DNA of 64,000 bases from an uncultured Marinobacter sp. (lineage in GTDB: Bacteria; Pseudomonadota; Gammaproteobacteria; Pseudomonadales; Oleiphilaceae). Location: NCBI GenBank assembly GCA_966210405.1, contig CBIHLH010000002.1, positions 1,903 to 65,902 on the forward strand. The letters run 5' to 3'. Position 1 is the first letter of the stretch; every line of letters begins with the position of its first letter. A model generated the notes under the pieces. That model did not search any database, was not told the origin of the DNA, and saw only the letters and a list, made by a program, of their open reading frames with translations. Positions 30,395 to 41,070 of the stretch are shown one piece after another. A program made the translations under genes and the position numbers.

Positions 30395-32890
30395 ATGAAT
30401 CGCCTTCGCGCCCTGTATGACCGACTGATCCTGCCCCATCCTCTGATCATCCTGGCAGTATTTGCTGTATTGCTGGTACTGACTGCGGTGAAATTCGATC
30501 AGTTCCGGCTCGACGCCTCCGCCGAATCCCTGGTGCTGGAAAACGATAAATCCCTGGAGCAGTACCGTCAGGTAAACCGCCGGTTCACCACCTCGGACGA
30601 CTTTCTGGTGGTGACCTACACGCCAGACGGCGAGCTGTTCTCCAAACAGGGCCTGGCGCGCTTGAGGGCACTGAGAGACGAGCTCCAGGCCTTGGAGGCC
30701 GTGGGCTCGACCAACAGCATCCTCAGTGTGCCACTGCTGCACAGCCCGGATCTGACGCTGGATACCGTGGACAGCGCGACCAAAACCCTGGACCAACATG
30801 ATGTCGCGGCGGAAACCGCCCGCAAGGCGCTCCTGAACAACCCGCTCTACCCCAACCTGCTGATCAGTGAAGATGGCCGCACCACGGCGATCCAGGTGAA
30901 CCTGCCGACACCCGATCGTTATTTTGAATTACTGAGGAAACGTAACGACCTGCAGGATAAGGCCGACGCCGGCAAAGCGTCTGAGGCGGAGCTGGCGGAG
31001 CTGGAACAGGCAAAGCAGGCATTCATCGCCTTCACCGAAACCCTCGGCGAAGAGCGCGATACCACCATCCGAAACGTCCGGTCGATTCTGGATCAGTACC
31101 GGGACCACGCCACTCTCCACCTGGGCGGGGTACCCATGATCGTGGCCGACATGATCCGCTTCATTGAGAGCGACCTCTCCACCTTCGGTATCGGCGTACT
31201 GGCGTTTCTGGTACTGACGCTGGCCATCATCTTCCGTCAATGGCGCTGGGTGCTGGTGCCCATGCTCTGTTGCAGCTTTACGGTGTGGCTGATGATCGGG
31301 GTCCTGGGCTGGGCGCAATGGCCGGTCACCGTAATTTCCTCCAATTTCATCTCGCTGCTGCTGATCATGACCCTGTCGCTAACCATTCACCTGATCGTAC
31401 GCTACCGGGAATTCCAGCACGACGAACCGGACGCCAGCCCGAAGGAAACCCTGCGCAACACGGTGATGGCCATGATCAAGCCCTGCTTCTACATGGCCAT
31501 CACCACCATCGTCGCTTTCGGCTCCCTGACCTTCAGCGGTATCCGCCCGGTGATCGACTTCGGCTGGATGATGACCCTTGGGCTGACCGTTGCCTTCCTG
31601 ATCACCTTTATCGTCTTCCCGGCACTGCTGAGTCTGCTGCCACCACCCCGGGACAGCCGTGTCAGTTCTGACCGGATCGCCTTCACCGATGCCTTTGCCC
31701 GTTTCACCGAACGGTTTGGCAACACGGTTCTGGTGGGATCTGCCGTCATCGCCGCGCTGTGCGTGATCGGCATCAGCAAGCTGACCGTGGAGAACAGCTT
31801 TATTGATTACTTCAAGCCGTCCACGGAGATTCACCAGGGCATGATCACCATCGACAACCGGCTGGGCGGTACCACGCCACTGGACCTGGTGATCACGGAT
31901 GATCAGCTCCCCGAAGGCGCCGCCAGTGACGGGGACCCGTTCGCCAGCAGTTGCGATCCCTTTGTGGAGGATTGCGGCGGTGCCGGCGAGTACCGGGACA
32001 CCTGGTATACCTATCAGAAAATGAACCGACTGGAGCAGGTGCACCACTATCTGGACAGCCTGCCCGAGACCGGCAAAGTGCTGTCGATCAACACCACGCT
32101 GGAAATCCTGGCGAAAGTCAATGAGGGAGAGCCCCTGGATGCGTTGGAACTGGCCTTTGTGCCGGCTGCGGTACCGGATGATCTGAAAGGTGTGCTGCTG
32201 ACGCCGTATATCTCCGAAGAACACGACCAGGCCCGTTTCAGCATCCGCGTTCTGGAGACCCTGCCCGATCTGGACCGGCAGCAACTGCTGGACGGGATTC
32301 GCCATCACCTGACGACCGAGCTGGGTTACAAACCAGACCAGATCATGCTCTCGGGCATGATGGTGATGTACAACAACATGCTGCAGAGTCTGTTCGATTC
32401 ACAGATCAAGACCATTGGCGTGGTGTTCCTGGCCATCATGGCCATGTTCCTGTTGTTGTTCCGGTCTTTGAAACTGGCCCTGATTGGCATCGCCCCTAAT
32501 CTGATCGCGGCCGGCTCGGTCCTGGGCCTCATGGGCTGGCTGGGCATTCCTCTGGATATGATGACCATCACCGTCGCTGCCATTACGATCGGCATCGCCG
32601 TGGACGACACTATCCACTACATCCATCGGTTCAAAACGGAATTCGCCAAAGACCGCGACTACCTGGCGACCATGCATCGCTGCCATCGCAGCATCGGCCA
32701 GGCCATGTTCTATACGTCTCTGACCATCATATCGGGGTTCTCGATTCTGGTGCTCTCCAACTTCATTCCCACCCTCTACTTCGGGTTGTTTACCGGGTTT
32801 GCCATGTTCATGGCCTTGCTGGGCGCGCTGACGCTGCTACCAAGGCTGATTGTGCAGGTGAAGCCTTTCGGGGCGGGTACTGAAGGGTAA
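30395..32890 (+). CDS. MMPL/RND-superfamily transporter
   Basis: Two repeats of a periplasmic domain plus TM bundle; TTIVAFGSL, IGIAVDDTIH, GQAMFYTS. Confidence 0.88.
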   Translation: MNRLRALYDRLILPHPLIILAVFAVLLVLTAVKFDQFRLDASAESLVLENDKSLEQYRQVNRRFTTSDDFLVVTYTPDGELFSKQGLARLRALRDELQALEAVGSTNSILSVPLLHSPDLTLDTVDSATKTLDQHDVAAETARKALLNNPLYPNLLISEDGRTTAIQVNLPTPDRYFELLRKRNDLQDKADAGKASEAELAELEQAKQAFIAFTETLGEERDTTIRNVRSILDQYRDHATLHLGGVPMIVADMIRFIESDLSTFGIGVLAFLVLTLAIIFRQWRWVLVPMLCCSFTVWLMIGVLGWAQWPVTVISSNFISLLLIMTLSLTIHLIVRYREFQHDEPDASPKETLRNTVMAMIKPCFYMAITTIVAFGSLTFSGIRPVIDFGWMMTLGLTVAFLITFIVFPALLSLLPPPRDSRVSSDRIAFTDAFARFTERFGNTVLVGSAVIAALCVIGISKLTVENSFIDYFKPSTEIHQGMITIDNRLGGTTPLDLVITDDQLPEGAASDGDPFASSCDPFVEDCGGAGEYRDTWYTYQKMNRLEQVHHYLDSLPETGKVLSINTTLEILAKVNEGEPLDALELAFVPAAVPDDLKGVLLTPYISEEHDQARFSIRVLETLPDLDRQQLLDGIRHHLTTELGYKPDQIMLSGMMVMYNNMLQSLFDSQIKTIGVVFLAIMAMFLLLFRSLKLALIGIAPNLIAAGSVLGLMGWLGIPLDMMTITVAAITIGIAVDDTIHYIHRFKTEFAKDRDYLATMHRCHRSIGQAMFYTSLTIISGFSILVLSNFIPTLYFGLFTGFAMFMALLGALTLLPRLIVQVKPFGAGTEG

Positions 32891-32903
32891 CGGGAAGGGA
32901 AAT

Positions 32904-32929
32904 CCGGGGCTGCGCTGAGGCAGCCCCGG
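32904..32929. terminator. Perfect 10-bp hairpin between the convergent MMPL and Spy-like genes
   Basis: CCGGGGCTGC-gctgag-GCAGCCCCGG. Confidence 0.65.
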
Positions 32930-32938
32930 CGGGCAGGA

Positions 32939-33406
32939 TTATTTCTCGCCTTTCGGCGCCTGCATCTGTTGCTGCTGCATCATCTGGCGCTGTTGCTGCA
33001 TCTGCTGCTGCATCTGCTTCATGCGCTTGTCCAGCTCGTCGCGCTGCTCCTGGGTAAACACACTGTCGACCTTCGCCTGCATCAGTGTGGACAGCGCCGC
33101 TATTTCGCCGGTCAGGTCACCCAGCTTCTCGGCATTGTCGCGAATCGCCTCTTCGTCATAGTCCGGCTTGATCTCGGCCTGGATCTGCTGTTGGAGCGCC
33201 TGCGCTTCCTGGCGCAGCTTGCCGATCTTGGATTGCATGTCTTCAAGAATGCCGCGAATCTCGGTCTGCTGCTTGTCAGAAAGGCCCACCATCCTGGCCA
33301 GTTGATCCACCTGGTCCGGCTGGCCTCCCGAGGCCTGTTGCGCCAGCGCAGGGGCAGACAGACTCAGGGCAACCAATGCAGTACCAAAGAGTTTTACCAG
33401 CTTCAT
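32939..33406 (-). CDS. Spy/CpxP-family periplasmic protein with a Gln/Met-rich tail
   Basis: Signal peptide, GLSDKQQ and FTQEQR (LTxxQ-like motifs), helical. Confidence 0.75.
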   Translation of the reverse strand: MKLVKLFGTALVALSLSAPALAQQASGGQPDQVDQLARMVGLSDKQQTEIRGILEDMQSKIGKLRQEAQALQQQIQAEIKPDYDEEAIRDNAEKLGDLTGEIAALSTLMQAKVDSVFTQEQRDELDKRMKQMQQQMQQQRQMMQQQQMQAPKGEK

Positions 33407-33647
33407 AACGTTCTCCGTTAACGGGGTGGCCAATGTCCTGACAACCACCGCAATTCATTGATTTTGAGGTTCAGGCCCACACCCTAAAGCATCCGGGCCG
33501 GATATTTCATCCCGACCTCCCTACTTTTTGTACACATATCACAACCAGGCTGCTCCAGCCCGCCACACACGTGGATTCAAACAAATGTGAAAGTTTGGTC
33601 ATTCCCCTTCATAATGGCGCCGTTTAACCACCGGCGGAGTAGACGAG

Positions 33648-34535
33648 ATGGCGATTAACTGGTTTCCCGGGCACATGCACAAGGCCCGCAAGGAGATCAA
33701 ACAGGTCATGCCGACGATGGACCTTATTATCGAGGTGCTGGATGCCCGCATCCCCTTCAGCAGCGAAAATCCGCTGGTGCCGGCCCTGCGTGGCGAAACG
33801 CCCCTGATCCGGGTTCTCAACAAGCGGGATCTGGCTGATCCGGAGATCACCGGGCTGTGGCAACCCTGGCTGGAGAAAGAACGCGGGGTGCGCACCATCA
33901 CCCTCAGCCACAATCAGCGCAGCGAAGCCTTGGGCATCCTGAAGCTGGCCGAGGATATGACCCCCAATCACGACCGCCAGAAAAGCGCCTTGCGAGTGAT
34001 GATTCTGGGCATTCCCAACGTCGGCAAATCCACCCTGATCAACACCCTGGCCGGGCGCCCCGCCGCGAAGACCGGCAACGAACCGGCGGTCACCCGGGCC
34101 CAGCAGGCGATCAAGCTGCCTGACAACATCCTGCTCTACGACACGCCCGGTTTCCTGTGGCCCAAACTGTCCCCGGAAGCCTGCGGTTATCGCCTCGCGA
34201 TCACGGGCGCCATCCGCAGTTCAGTGCTGGATTTTGGAGACATCGCCCTGTTTGAGGCCGATTACCTGCTGCAGGCCTACCCCGAACTGGTCAGGGCACG
34301 CTATGGCTTCGAGACGTTGCCACCGGACGGGCTGGCGCTGATGGACGCCATTGCCGCCAAACGCCGGTTTTTCGCGAAGGGTGGCGTTCCGGACCTGAAC
34401 AAGGTCTCTGAGGTGCTGCTCAACGAGTTTCGCGCCGGCACCCTGGGCCGCATTTCTCTGGAAACGCCGGACATGGTCGAACGGGAACGCCAGGAAGCCG
34501 CCACGGCCGACGCCGGGAAAGCTGCCCGGCCCTAA
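33648..34535 (+). CDS. ylqF: Ribosome biogenesis GTPase YlqF/RbgA
   Basis: INWFPGHM, LDARIPFSS, NKRDL, GIPNVGKST, DTPG. Confidence 0.93.
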   Translation: MAINWFPGHMHKARKEIKQVMPTMDLIIEVLDARIPFSSENPLVPALRGETPLIRVLNKRDLADPEITGLWQPWLEKERGVRTITLSHNQRSEALGILKLAEDMTPNHDRQKSALRVMILGIPNVGKSTLINTLAGRPAAKTGNEPAVTRAQQAIKLPDNILLYDTPGFLWPKLSPEACGYRLAITGAIRSSVLDFGDIALFEADYLLQAYPELVRARYGFETLPPDGLALMDAIAAKRRFFAKGGVPDLNKVSEVLLNEFRAGTLGRISLETPDMVERERQEAATADAGKAARP

Positions 34536-35053
34536 TGCCCCTGAACCCGGGGCCCACGGTGGCTGCCCTGGGCATGGGGAACGGGCAGGCCCAGTTTGGC
34601 GGCAAATTCGATACTGACGAAGATTGGCCCGATCAGCAGGAACACCAGGTCCTCCACGAAGGACGGTTTCTTGCCTTCGACCTTGTGGCCATAGACCTGC
34701 AGCACCCAGGCTGCGACCCAGGTAATCAGACTGACCCAGAACAGCGACCAGCCGGCCGCGAGAATGGCCTGAATAATAACCGCAGACACCGCAAACCAGC
34801 CCGCCATCAACACCAACACACCCAGGGACAGGCGCAGGTAGACAATACCCGACAACACCGCCAGTACCGTCGCCCCATTCACCCACTCGCCGGCGGCGCC
34901 GGCAAGCCCGAGCCAACTGCCAATGGGCACCAGCCACAGCAAGCCCAGCGTCGAGATCAGAATGGCCGGCACACAGAGGATGTGAACCCACTGGTTAAAC
35001 GGGTTCTGATGGCTGTCGCCGTAATCACTGAGAAATTCGGGCAGGGTGCGCAT
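34532..35053 (-). CDS. Mpo1-like (DUF962) membrane protein
   Basis: YGDSHQNPFNQWVHILCVP, WVLQVYGHKVEGKKPSF. Confidence 0.85.
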   Translation of the reverse strand: MRTLPEFLSDYGDSHQNPFNQWVHILCVPAILISTLGLLWLVPIGSWLGLAGAAGEWVNGATVLAVLSGIVYLRLSLGVLVLMAGWFAVSAVIIQAILAAGWSLFWVSLITWVAAWVLQVYGHKVEGKKPSFVEDLVFLLIGPIFVSIEFAAKLGLPVPHAQGSHRGPRVQGH

Positions 35054-35171
35054 GGAGTATCTCCTTATTCTTGTGTTTGATGAACGTCAGTATACCAGCC
35101 GCTCGCCCTATCGTCCTTGCACATGACGACCGCCCCTGACAAAGGTCAAATATCACCGGGGACGCAAAGCG

Positions 35172-35184
35172 CCTACACTGTAGG
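35172..35184. promoter_or_regulatory. Palindrome in the fabB/DUF962 divergent promoter; possible FabR/DesT-like operator
   Basis: CCTACA-C-TGTAGG perfect inverted repeat; TACA..TGTA core resembles FabR sites but the spacer is one base shorter. Confidence 0.35.
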
Positions 35185-35238
35185 TAAGCTCACTGATCGA
35201 ACGACCCGTCACTGACACGGGCCATAAAGGAGGAACGT

Positions 35239-36447
35239 ATGAGACGCGTTGTCGTCACTGGTATGGGCATTGTGTCCTGCCTCGGAAATACCCTGGATGA
35301 CGTCCGGAACAGCCTGCAGAACGGAACCTCCGGTATCCGCTTCAACCAGACCTACAAAGACATGGGCTTTCGCAGCCAGATCGCAGGCTCGCCGGATGTC
35401 GACACATCGGTCATTGATCGCAAGGTCCGGCGGTTCATGGGGCCCTCCGCCATGTACAGCTACCTGTCCATGGAGCAGGCTATCGCCCAGGCGGGCCTGA
35501 CCGAAGACCTGATTTCCAATGACCGCACCGGCCTGATCGCCGGCTCCGGCGGCTCCTCCTGCTCGAGCCAGGTGGAAGCCACGGACATCATGCGCGAGAA
35601 AGGCGTCAAGCGGATTGGGCCCTATATGGTGCCCCGCATCATGACCAGCACCGTGTCTGCCTGCCTGGCGACCGCCTACCGGATACGCGGTGTGAACTAC
35701 TCCATGTCATCCGCCTGTGCCACTAGCGCCCACTGCATCGGCCATGGCATGGAGCAAATCCAGTCCGGCAAGCAGGACATCGTATTTGCCGGGGGCGGTG
35801 AAGAGGAAGACTGGAGTCTCACCATGATGTTCGACGCCATGGGCGCCCTGTCCACCAAATACAACGACGCTCCCGAGACGGCCTCACGCCCGTTCGACAG
35901 TGGCCGTGACGGATTTGTGATCGCCGGTGGCGGCGGGATGGTGGTACTTGAGGAACTGGAGCACGCCAGAAAACGCGGCGCCACAATCATCGCGGAACTG
36001 ACCGGCTACGGTGCCACGTCCGATGGCTACGATATGGTTGCCCCGTCTGGCGAAGGTGCCCAGCGGTGCATGAAGCAGGCCATGGCTACCATTCGGGGCG
36101 AGATCGGCTACATCAATGCCCACGGAACCAGCACGCCCGTTGGCGATGTTGCCGAAATGGGGGCGGTAAAAAACACCTTTGGCAGCAACATTCCGCCGAT
36201 TTCGTCCACCAAATCGCTGTCCGGGCACTCCCTGGGCGCAGCGGGCGTGCAGGAGGCCATTTATTCCCTGCTGATGCTCCAGCACGGCTTTATCGCCGGC
36301 ACCAAAAACCTGGCCAATGTCGACGAAAAGATCACCGACATGCCACTGGTGGGCCCGGATAGCCGTGAGGCACGCCTGAGCACCGTGATGTCAAACAGCT
36401 TTGGCTTTGGTGGCACCAACGCTTCGCTGGTGTTTGAGACACTCTGA
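35239..36447 (+). CDS. fabB: Beta-ketoacyl-ACP synthase I
   Basis: [35 protein letters not shown]. Confidence 0.95.
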   Translation: MRRVVVTGMGIVSCLGNTLDDVRNSLQNGTSGIRFNQTYKDMGFRSQIAGSPDVDTSVIDRKVRRFMGPSAMYSYLSMEQAIAQAGLTEDLISNDRTGLIAGSGGSSCSSQVEATDIMREKGVKRIGPYMVPRIMTSTVSACLATAYRIRGVNYSMSSACATSAHCIGHGMEQIQSGKQDIVFAGGGEEEDWSLTMMFDAMGALSTKYNDAPETASRPFDSGRDGFVIAGGGGMVVLEELEHARKRGATIIAELTGYGATSDGYDMVAPSGEGAQRCMKQAMATIRGEIGYINAHGTSTPVGDVAEMGAVKNTFGSNIPPISSTKSLSGHSLGAAGVQEAIYSLLMLQHGFIAGTKNLANVDEKITDMPLVGPDSREARLSTVMSNSFGFGGTNASLVFETL

Positions 36448-36489
36448 CAGGCGCCTGTTTTTCTGGCGACTGGCAGCGCCCTGGTCGGC

Positions 36490-37368
36490 CTACGGGGCCG
36501 GTTCGCTGGCCACTTCCCGGCCATTGCTTTTTTTCAGCGTTGCCAGCTCGTCAACCAGGCCCGAGCGCCAGGGCTGTTGCTTGATACCAAAAGTGTTGCG
36601 GATCTTGGTGCAGATCAGGGTGGTGTTCACGGGTTCCATCAGCGCCCAGTCGGGCACCTCATCGACAATACGGATACCTTCGGGAATCCCCGGAAGTCCG
36701 GTAATCGCCAGGCCCAGTTCGTACAGGTTGATCTCCTCGGCACCGGCGTACTGATAGGTGCCCCACACTTCGGCACCGCAATCCAGCTGCTGGATCACCG
36801 CCGTCATCACCCGCGCCAGATCCCGCACGGACACCGGCTGGCCCCGGCAACGGCCTGGCAGCGACAGGGTCTCGTTGGTCCGGGTGCTGGCCTGTAGCTT
36901 GCGGATGAAACGGGCCAGACTCCACCCCGTTCGCAGGATGATATGCCTGGGCAACAGGGTGCGCAGGGCCTGCTCACACTCCCACTGCCAGTTGCCCAGT
37001 TCATTGACCGGTTGGCCCGGGTTGGAGGTGATATAGCCGCTTTGCTTCCGACCATCGAACACATAGCAGGACGACAGCTGCAACATGGCCATGTCCCGTT
37101 CGCGGGCAAACCCGGCCATGGCGACCGGTAGCGAAAATGCCGCTTTGTGGGTGCCTTCGGGGTCGCACTCCGCCACCTCTGGATCCGCCAACCAGAGCGC
37201 ATTCACGATCAGGTCGGTATCCTCGGGGATCCAGTCCTCCAAAGCATCCAGATCGGCATTGACAGGGTCACTGACCAGCAGTGGGCTGACCTGTAGTGAG
37301 GTGTCCCGGAGGCGCTCAAGCAATACTTTTCCCAGCGGGCCGTAATCGTGTACAACAAGCACATGCAC
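36490..37368 (-). CDS. RmlD-like NAD(P)-binding sugar-nucleotide protein
   Basis: LSSCYVFDGRK, ILRTGW, GTYQYAG; degenerate N-terminal glycine motif. Confidence 0.7.
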   Translation of the reverse strand: MHVLVVHDYGPLGKVLLERLRDTSLQVSPLLVSDPVNADLDALEDWIPEDTDLIVNALWLADPEVAECDPEGTHKAAFSLPVAMAGFARERDMAMLQLSSCYVFDGRKQSGYITSNPGQPVNELGNWQWECEQALRTLLPRHIILRTGWSLARFIRKLQASTRTNETLSLPGRCRGQPVSVRDLARVMTAVIQQLDCGAEVWGTYQYAGAEEINLYELGLAITGLPGIPEGIRIVDEVPDWALMEPVNTTLICTKIRNTFGIKQQPWRSGLVDELATLKKSNGREVASEPAP

Positions 37369-37528
37369 GAGGATTCAATGCCTCCGGATATAACAGATGT
37401 GACGGAATGCGTGGTCCGGTCTGGCCAATGGCTTCCCGCGACCGGTCTCTACAATGGACGCTGCCTGATCCGGCGACGGGCCAATGCTTTGTCATCTCTT
37501 TCAAGAGCATACATCAACAGGAACTCTC

Positions 37529-37885
37529 ATGCTGAAACAACAGAGCCACATCGTGGCGCCCATTCCCGATGAGCTGCGCACCCGCGCCCTGACCACCGTG
37601 GCTGAACTCCGCGAACGCGGCAAGGCCGACAAGGAAGCCATCGACAAGCTCTTCGAGCTGATTGTCGAGATGACCGACCAGGGCCTCGACTTCTTCTTCC
37701 TGGAGCCCCTGAGGCGGCTGAATGCCGGCAGTATGATGATGGGCATGGCCAGGATGGGCATCAGCAGTATGCTCAAAGGCAGCAAAATGGTCGTCCACAA
37801 GGTCCTGAAAAAACTGGATGATCGCAGCCTCGCTGCCATTCTCGACTTTATCGAGGAAATCATTCACGAACCGGAATCCGCCTGA
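37529..37885 (+). CDS. Hypothetical helical protein (118 aa)
   Basis: Fills the gap between the rmlD-like gene and alr; host-like codon usage; AGGA before the ATG. Confidence 0.7.
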   Translation: MLKQQSHIVAPIPDELRTRALTTVAELRERGKADKEAIDKLFELIVEMTDQGLDFFFLEPLRRLNAGSMMMGMARMGISSMLKGSKMVVHKVLKKLDDRSLAAILDFIEEIIHEPESA

Positions 37886-37895
37886 GACCGTCCGG

Positions 37896-38972
37896 CTATC
37901 GGTATTCCCTCGGGACCCGGGCGGTGATGCCGGTGAGCAGTTCGTAGGCGATGGTGCCGGCGCATCGGGCCACGTCATCCACCCCCACGGTTCTGCCCCA
38001 AAGCTCCACGAGATCGCCTTCCCGGGCCCCGGGCGCGTTGGTCAGGTCCACGGCCAGCATGTCCATGGAGACCCGGCCAATCAGACGGATACGCTGGCCA
38101 TTGATTGCCGCCGGCGTATCCGTACCAGCGTGACGCGGATAACCATCGCCGTAGCCAATCGCCACCATACCCATACGGGTCTCGCGCTCAGCCACAAAGG
38201 AGGCACCGTAACCCACCGACTCGCCGGCCTGGAGCGTACGGATCGTCATCAAGGGCGCTTCCAGGGTCATCACCGGCTGCAGGCCCAGTTCAGGGCCGGT
38301 CTGTCCAATCACCGGAGACCCTCCGTAGAGCATGATACCAGGGCGACTCCAGTCATACAGCGGCTGGCCCGGCAGAAAGTGGGCAGCGGAATTGCCCACG
38401 CTTTTCATCAGATCCGGCCAGGCCGCCGTTGCGGCCTCGAAGACTGCCGTCTGTTCGGCGGTCATGGGGCTGCCGGTATCATCGGCACAGGCAAAATGCG
38501 TAACGAACCCCAGCAAGCCGGCCCTCCCGCCGCCGACCGCCAGGGTCTCCACTACCGATGGCAGGGTATCCGGCCGGAATCCCAGGCGATTCATCCCGGT
38601 ATTCACCTTCAACCAGAAAGCCGGGCGGGCCTGCCCGCGGACCAGCCAATCCAGCTGTTGCCGGCTGTGCAAAACCGGCTCGAACCCCTGGTGTTCACAG
38701 TCGGCCAGATCCCCACGGGCATGCACCCCCTGAAGCAGAACCACTGCCTGCGACAGACCAGCCTCGCGGATAGCCAACGCTTCCTCCAGGCAGGCGACCG
38801 CAAACTTGGGCGCATCATCCGCCAGCGCCCGGGCCACCTGCCGGATACCATGGCCATAGCCGTCGGCCTTGACCACCGCCATCGACCGCGCCGCACCAGC
38901 ACGTGCCCGGGCGGTCTGGAAATTCCGGCGCAGGGCCGCCAAGTCAATTCGGGCGACAGTGGCGCGTGGCAT
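37896..38972 (-). CDS. alr: Alanine racemase
   Basis: AVVKADGYGHG, RPGIMLYG, IGYGDGYPR, GRVSMD. Confidence 0.96.
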   Translation of the reverse strand: MPRATVARIDLAALRRNFQTARARAGAARSMAVVKADGYGHGIRQVARALADDAPKFAVACLEEALAIREAGLSQAVVLLQGVHARGDLADCEHQGFEPVLHSRQQLDWLVRGQARPAFWLKVNTGMNRLGFRPDTLPSVVETLAVGGGRAGLLGFVTHFACADDTGSPMTAEQTAVFEAATAAWPDLMKSVGNSAAHFLPGQPLYDWSRPGIMLYGGSPVIGQTGPELGLQPVMTLEAPLMTIRTLQAGESVGYGASFVAERETRMGMVAIGYGDGYPRHAGTDTPAAINGQRIRLIGRVSMDMLAVDLTNAPGAREGDLVELWGRTVGVDDVARCAGTIAYELLTGITARVPREYR

Positions 38973-40378
38973 TAATAATCCCCGCCGTAGTCGCCATAGT
39001 TGCCGTGGGCCAGATCCTCGAACTTGGTGTATTTGCCAATGAAGGCCAGCCGCAGGGTGCCGATCGGACCATTCCGCTGCTTGCCGATAATGATCTCGGC
39101 AATGCCTTTGTCCGGAGTATCCTCGTTATAGACCTCATCCCGGTACACGAACATGATGACGTCGGCATCCTGCTCGATGGCGCCGGACTCCCGGAGGTCC
39201 GAGTTGACCGGCCGCTTGTTGGGACGCTGCTCCAGGCTCCGGTTCAGCTGGGACAGGGCAACCACCGGACAACTGAGCTCCTTGGCGAGCCCCTTGAGCG
39301 AGCGGGAAATCTCGGAGATCTCCGCGGTTCGGCCCTCGGTGTTGCCAGGCACCCTCATCAGCTGTAGGTAGTCGACCATGATCAGGCCCAGCTTGCCGTC
39401 ATTTTCCCGGGCAATGCGTCGGGCCCGGGAACGCATTTCCGTGGGGCTGAGGCCGGGGGTGTCATCAATATACAGGGGTTTGTCTTTCAGCAGGCTGACT
39501 GCAGACGTCAGTCGGGGCCAGTCATCCTCTTCGAGCCGGCCACTCCGGACCCGGGTCTGATCAATCCGGCCCAGGGACGACAACATCCGCATCGCCAGGG
39601 CGTCGGCGGGCATTTCCATACTGAACACCAGCACCGGGGTGCCAGTACTGATCAACGCATTCTCGACAATGTTCATGGCAAAGGTGGTCTTACCCATGGA
39701 GGGCCGACCGGCCACGATAATCAGGTCCGCAGGCTGCATGCCGGAGGTCTGCTCATCCAGGTCCTTGAACCCGGTGGTGAGGCCCGTGGTCCGTTCTCCG
39801 GACTCAAACAGCTCTTCAATCCGGCTCAGGGCCTTGGTCAGGATCGGGTTGATGGCCTGTGGCCCGGAGCCTTCCTTGACGCGGGATTCCGCAATCTTGA
39901 AAACGCTCCGCTCGGCCTCATCCAGCACCTCGGAACTGGTACGCCCCAGCGGGTTGAACGCGGAATCGGCGATCTGGCCGGACACCTCAACCAGGCTTCG
40001 TAATATCGAACGCTCCCGGACAATATCGGCGTAAGCCCGGATATTGGCAGCCCCCGGAGTTTTTTCCGCCAGTTCCGCCAGGTACGACAGCCCACCGGCG
40101 TCCTCAATATCACCCGCCCTTTCCAGAAACTCAGCGAGGGTAACCACATCCAGTGGTTCACTTTCACTGGCCAGCCGCTCCACGGCGCCGAAGATCAGAC
40201 GGTGATCCTGCCGGTAAAAATCGACGGCCGAAATGACTTCGGAGATTTCATCAAACCGCCGGTTGTCCAGCATCAGACCACCCAGTACCGCCTGCTCAGC
40301 TTCCACAGAATGAGGAGGCACCTTGATACGACTGGTTTCCGGATCAGCACTTGCGGGCTTCAGATTGGGCTTGGCCAT
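38972..40378 (-). CDS. dnaB: Replicative DNA helicase
   Basis: PPHSVEAEQAVLG, AGRPSMGKT, DYLQLM, DLRESGAIEQDAD. Confidence 0.98.
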   Translation of the reverse strand: MAKPNLKPASADPETSRIKVPPHSVEAEQAVLGGLMLDNRRFDEISEVISAVDFYRQDHRLIFGAVERLASESEPLDVVTLAEFLERAGDIEDAGGLSYLAELAEKTPGAANIRAYADIVRERSILRSLVEVSGQIADSAFNPLGRTSSEVLDEAERSVFKIAESRVKEGSGPQAINPILTKALSRIEELFESGERTTGLTTGFKDLDEQTSGMQPADLIIVAGRPSMGKTTFAMNIVENALISTGTPVLVFSMEMPADALAMRMLSSLGRIDQTRVRSGRLEEDDWPRLTSAVSLLKDKPLYIDDTPGLSPTEMRSRARRIARENDGKLGLIMVDYLQLMRVPGNTEGRTAEISEISRSLKGLAKELSCPVVALSQLNRSLEQRPNKRPVNSDLRESGAIEQDADVIMFVYRDEVYNEDTPDKGIAEIIIGKQRNGPIGTLRLAFIGKYTKFEDLAHGNYGDYGGDY

Positions 40379-40476
40379 GAACACATCTTCAGTTGGACGT
40401 CAGAACCACCACAGTTTAAGCGACCTGTCGCAGCATTGGGAGAGCGTTAACGGAACGTAACAGCATACCAGAAAGC

Positions 40477-40515
40477 AACAGGCCCGAAAGCCGCATGACG
40501 CGGATCGGGCCTGTT
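40477..40515 (-). terminator. Hairpin downstream of rplI
   Basis: AACAGGCCCGA...TCGGGCCTGTT with inner CCGC/GCGG stem. Confidence 0.65.
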
Positions 40516-40603
40516 GGATCAGCCGACTGCCTACCTTACGGCGACATCGGCCACCGGGGTATTACCGAAACCGGGAGACCCGGTCGTTTCCAGCAGAAAC
40601 GAA

Positions 40604-41050
40604 TTACTCGGCAACCACCGTCAGTTTGATCGTTACTTCAACGTCTGAGTGCAGTTGGAGCTCGATATCGTACTCGCCGGTGGCGCGCAGCGGGCCTTCC
40701 GGAAGACGAACTTCGCTCTTCTCAACGTCGGTACCCGCGGCAGTGATGGCATCAGCGATGTCACGCACACCAATGGAACCGAACAGCTTGCCTTCCTCAC
40801 CCGCTTTGGAGCTGATGGTGAAGGCTGCACCCTCGAGAGCCTCGGCACGGGCCTGGGCAGCGGCCAATTTCTCGGCTGCGGCTTTCTCAAGCTCGGCACG
40901 ACGCTCTTCGAACGCCTTGATGTTTGCTTCAGTGGCAGGCGCAGCCTTGCCAAACGGAAGCAGGTAATTACGACCGTAACCGGCCTTGACCTTTACCTTG
41001 TCACCCAGGGAGCCAAGGTTTGCAACTTTCTCGAGCAGAATAACTTCCAT
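40604..41050 (-). CDS. rplI: 50S ribosomal protein L9
   Basis: [19 protein letters not shown]. Confidence 0.97.
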   Translation of the reverse strand: MEVILLEKVANLGSLGDKVKVKAGYGRNYLLPFGKAAPATEANIKAFEERRAELEKAAAEKLAAAQARAEALEGAAFTISSKAGEEGKLFGSIGVRDIADAITAAGTDVEKSEVRLPEGPLRATGEYDIELQLHSDVEVTIKLTVVAE

Positions 41051-41070
41051 CTCGTTAACCTCTTCGTGCT

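Noticed and set aside
33570-33582. CGTGGATTCAAAC, one mismatch from the common type I-C repeat end CGTGGATTGAAAC
   Set aside because: No upstream repeat stem, a single copy, about 27 kb from the cas genes, and the following sequence has no convincing PAM-flanked match in the cas promoter regions. Probably chance.
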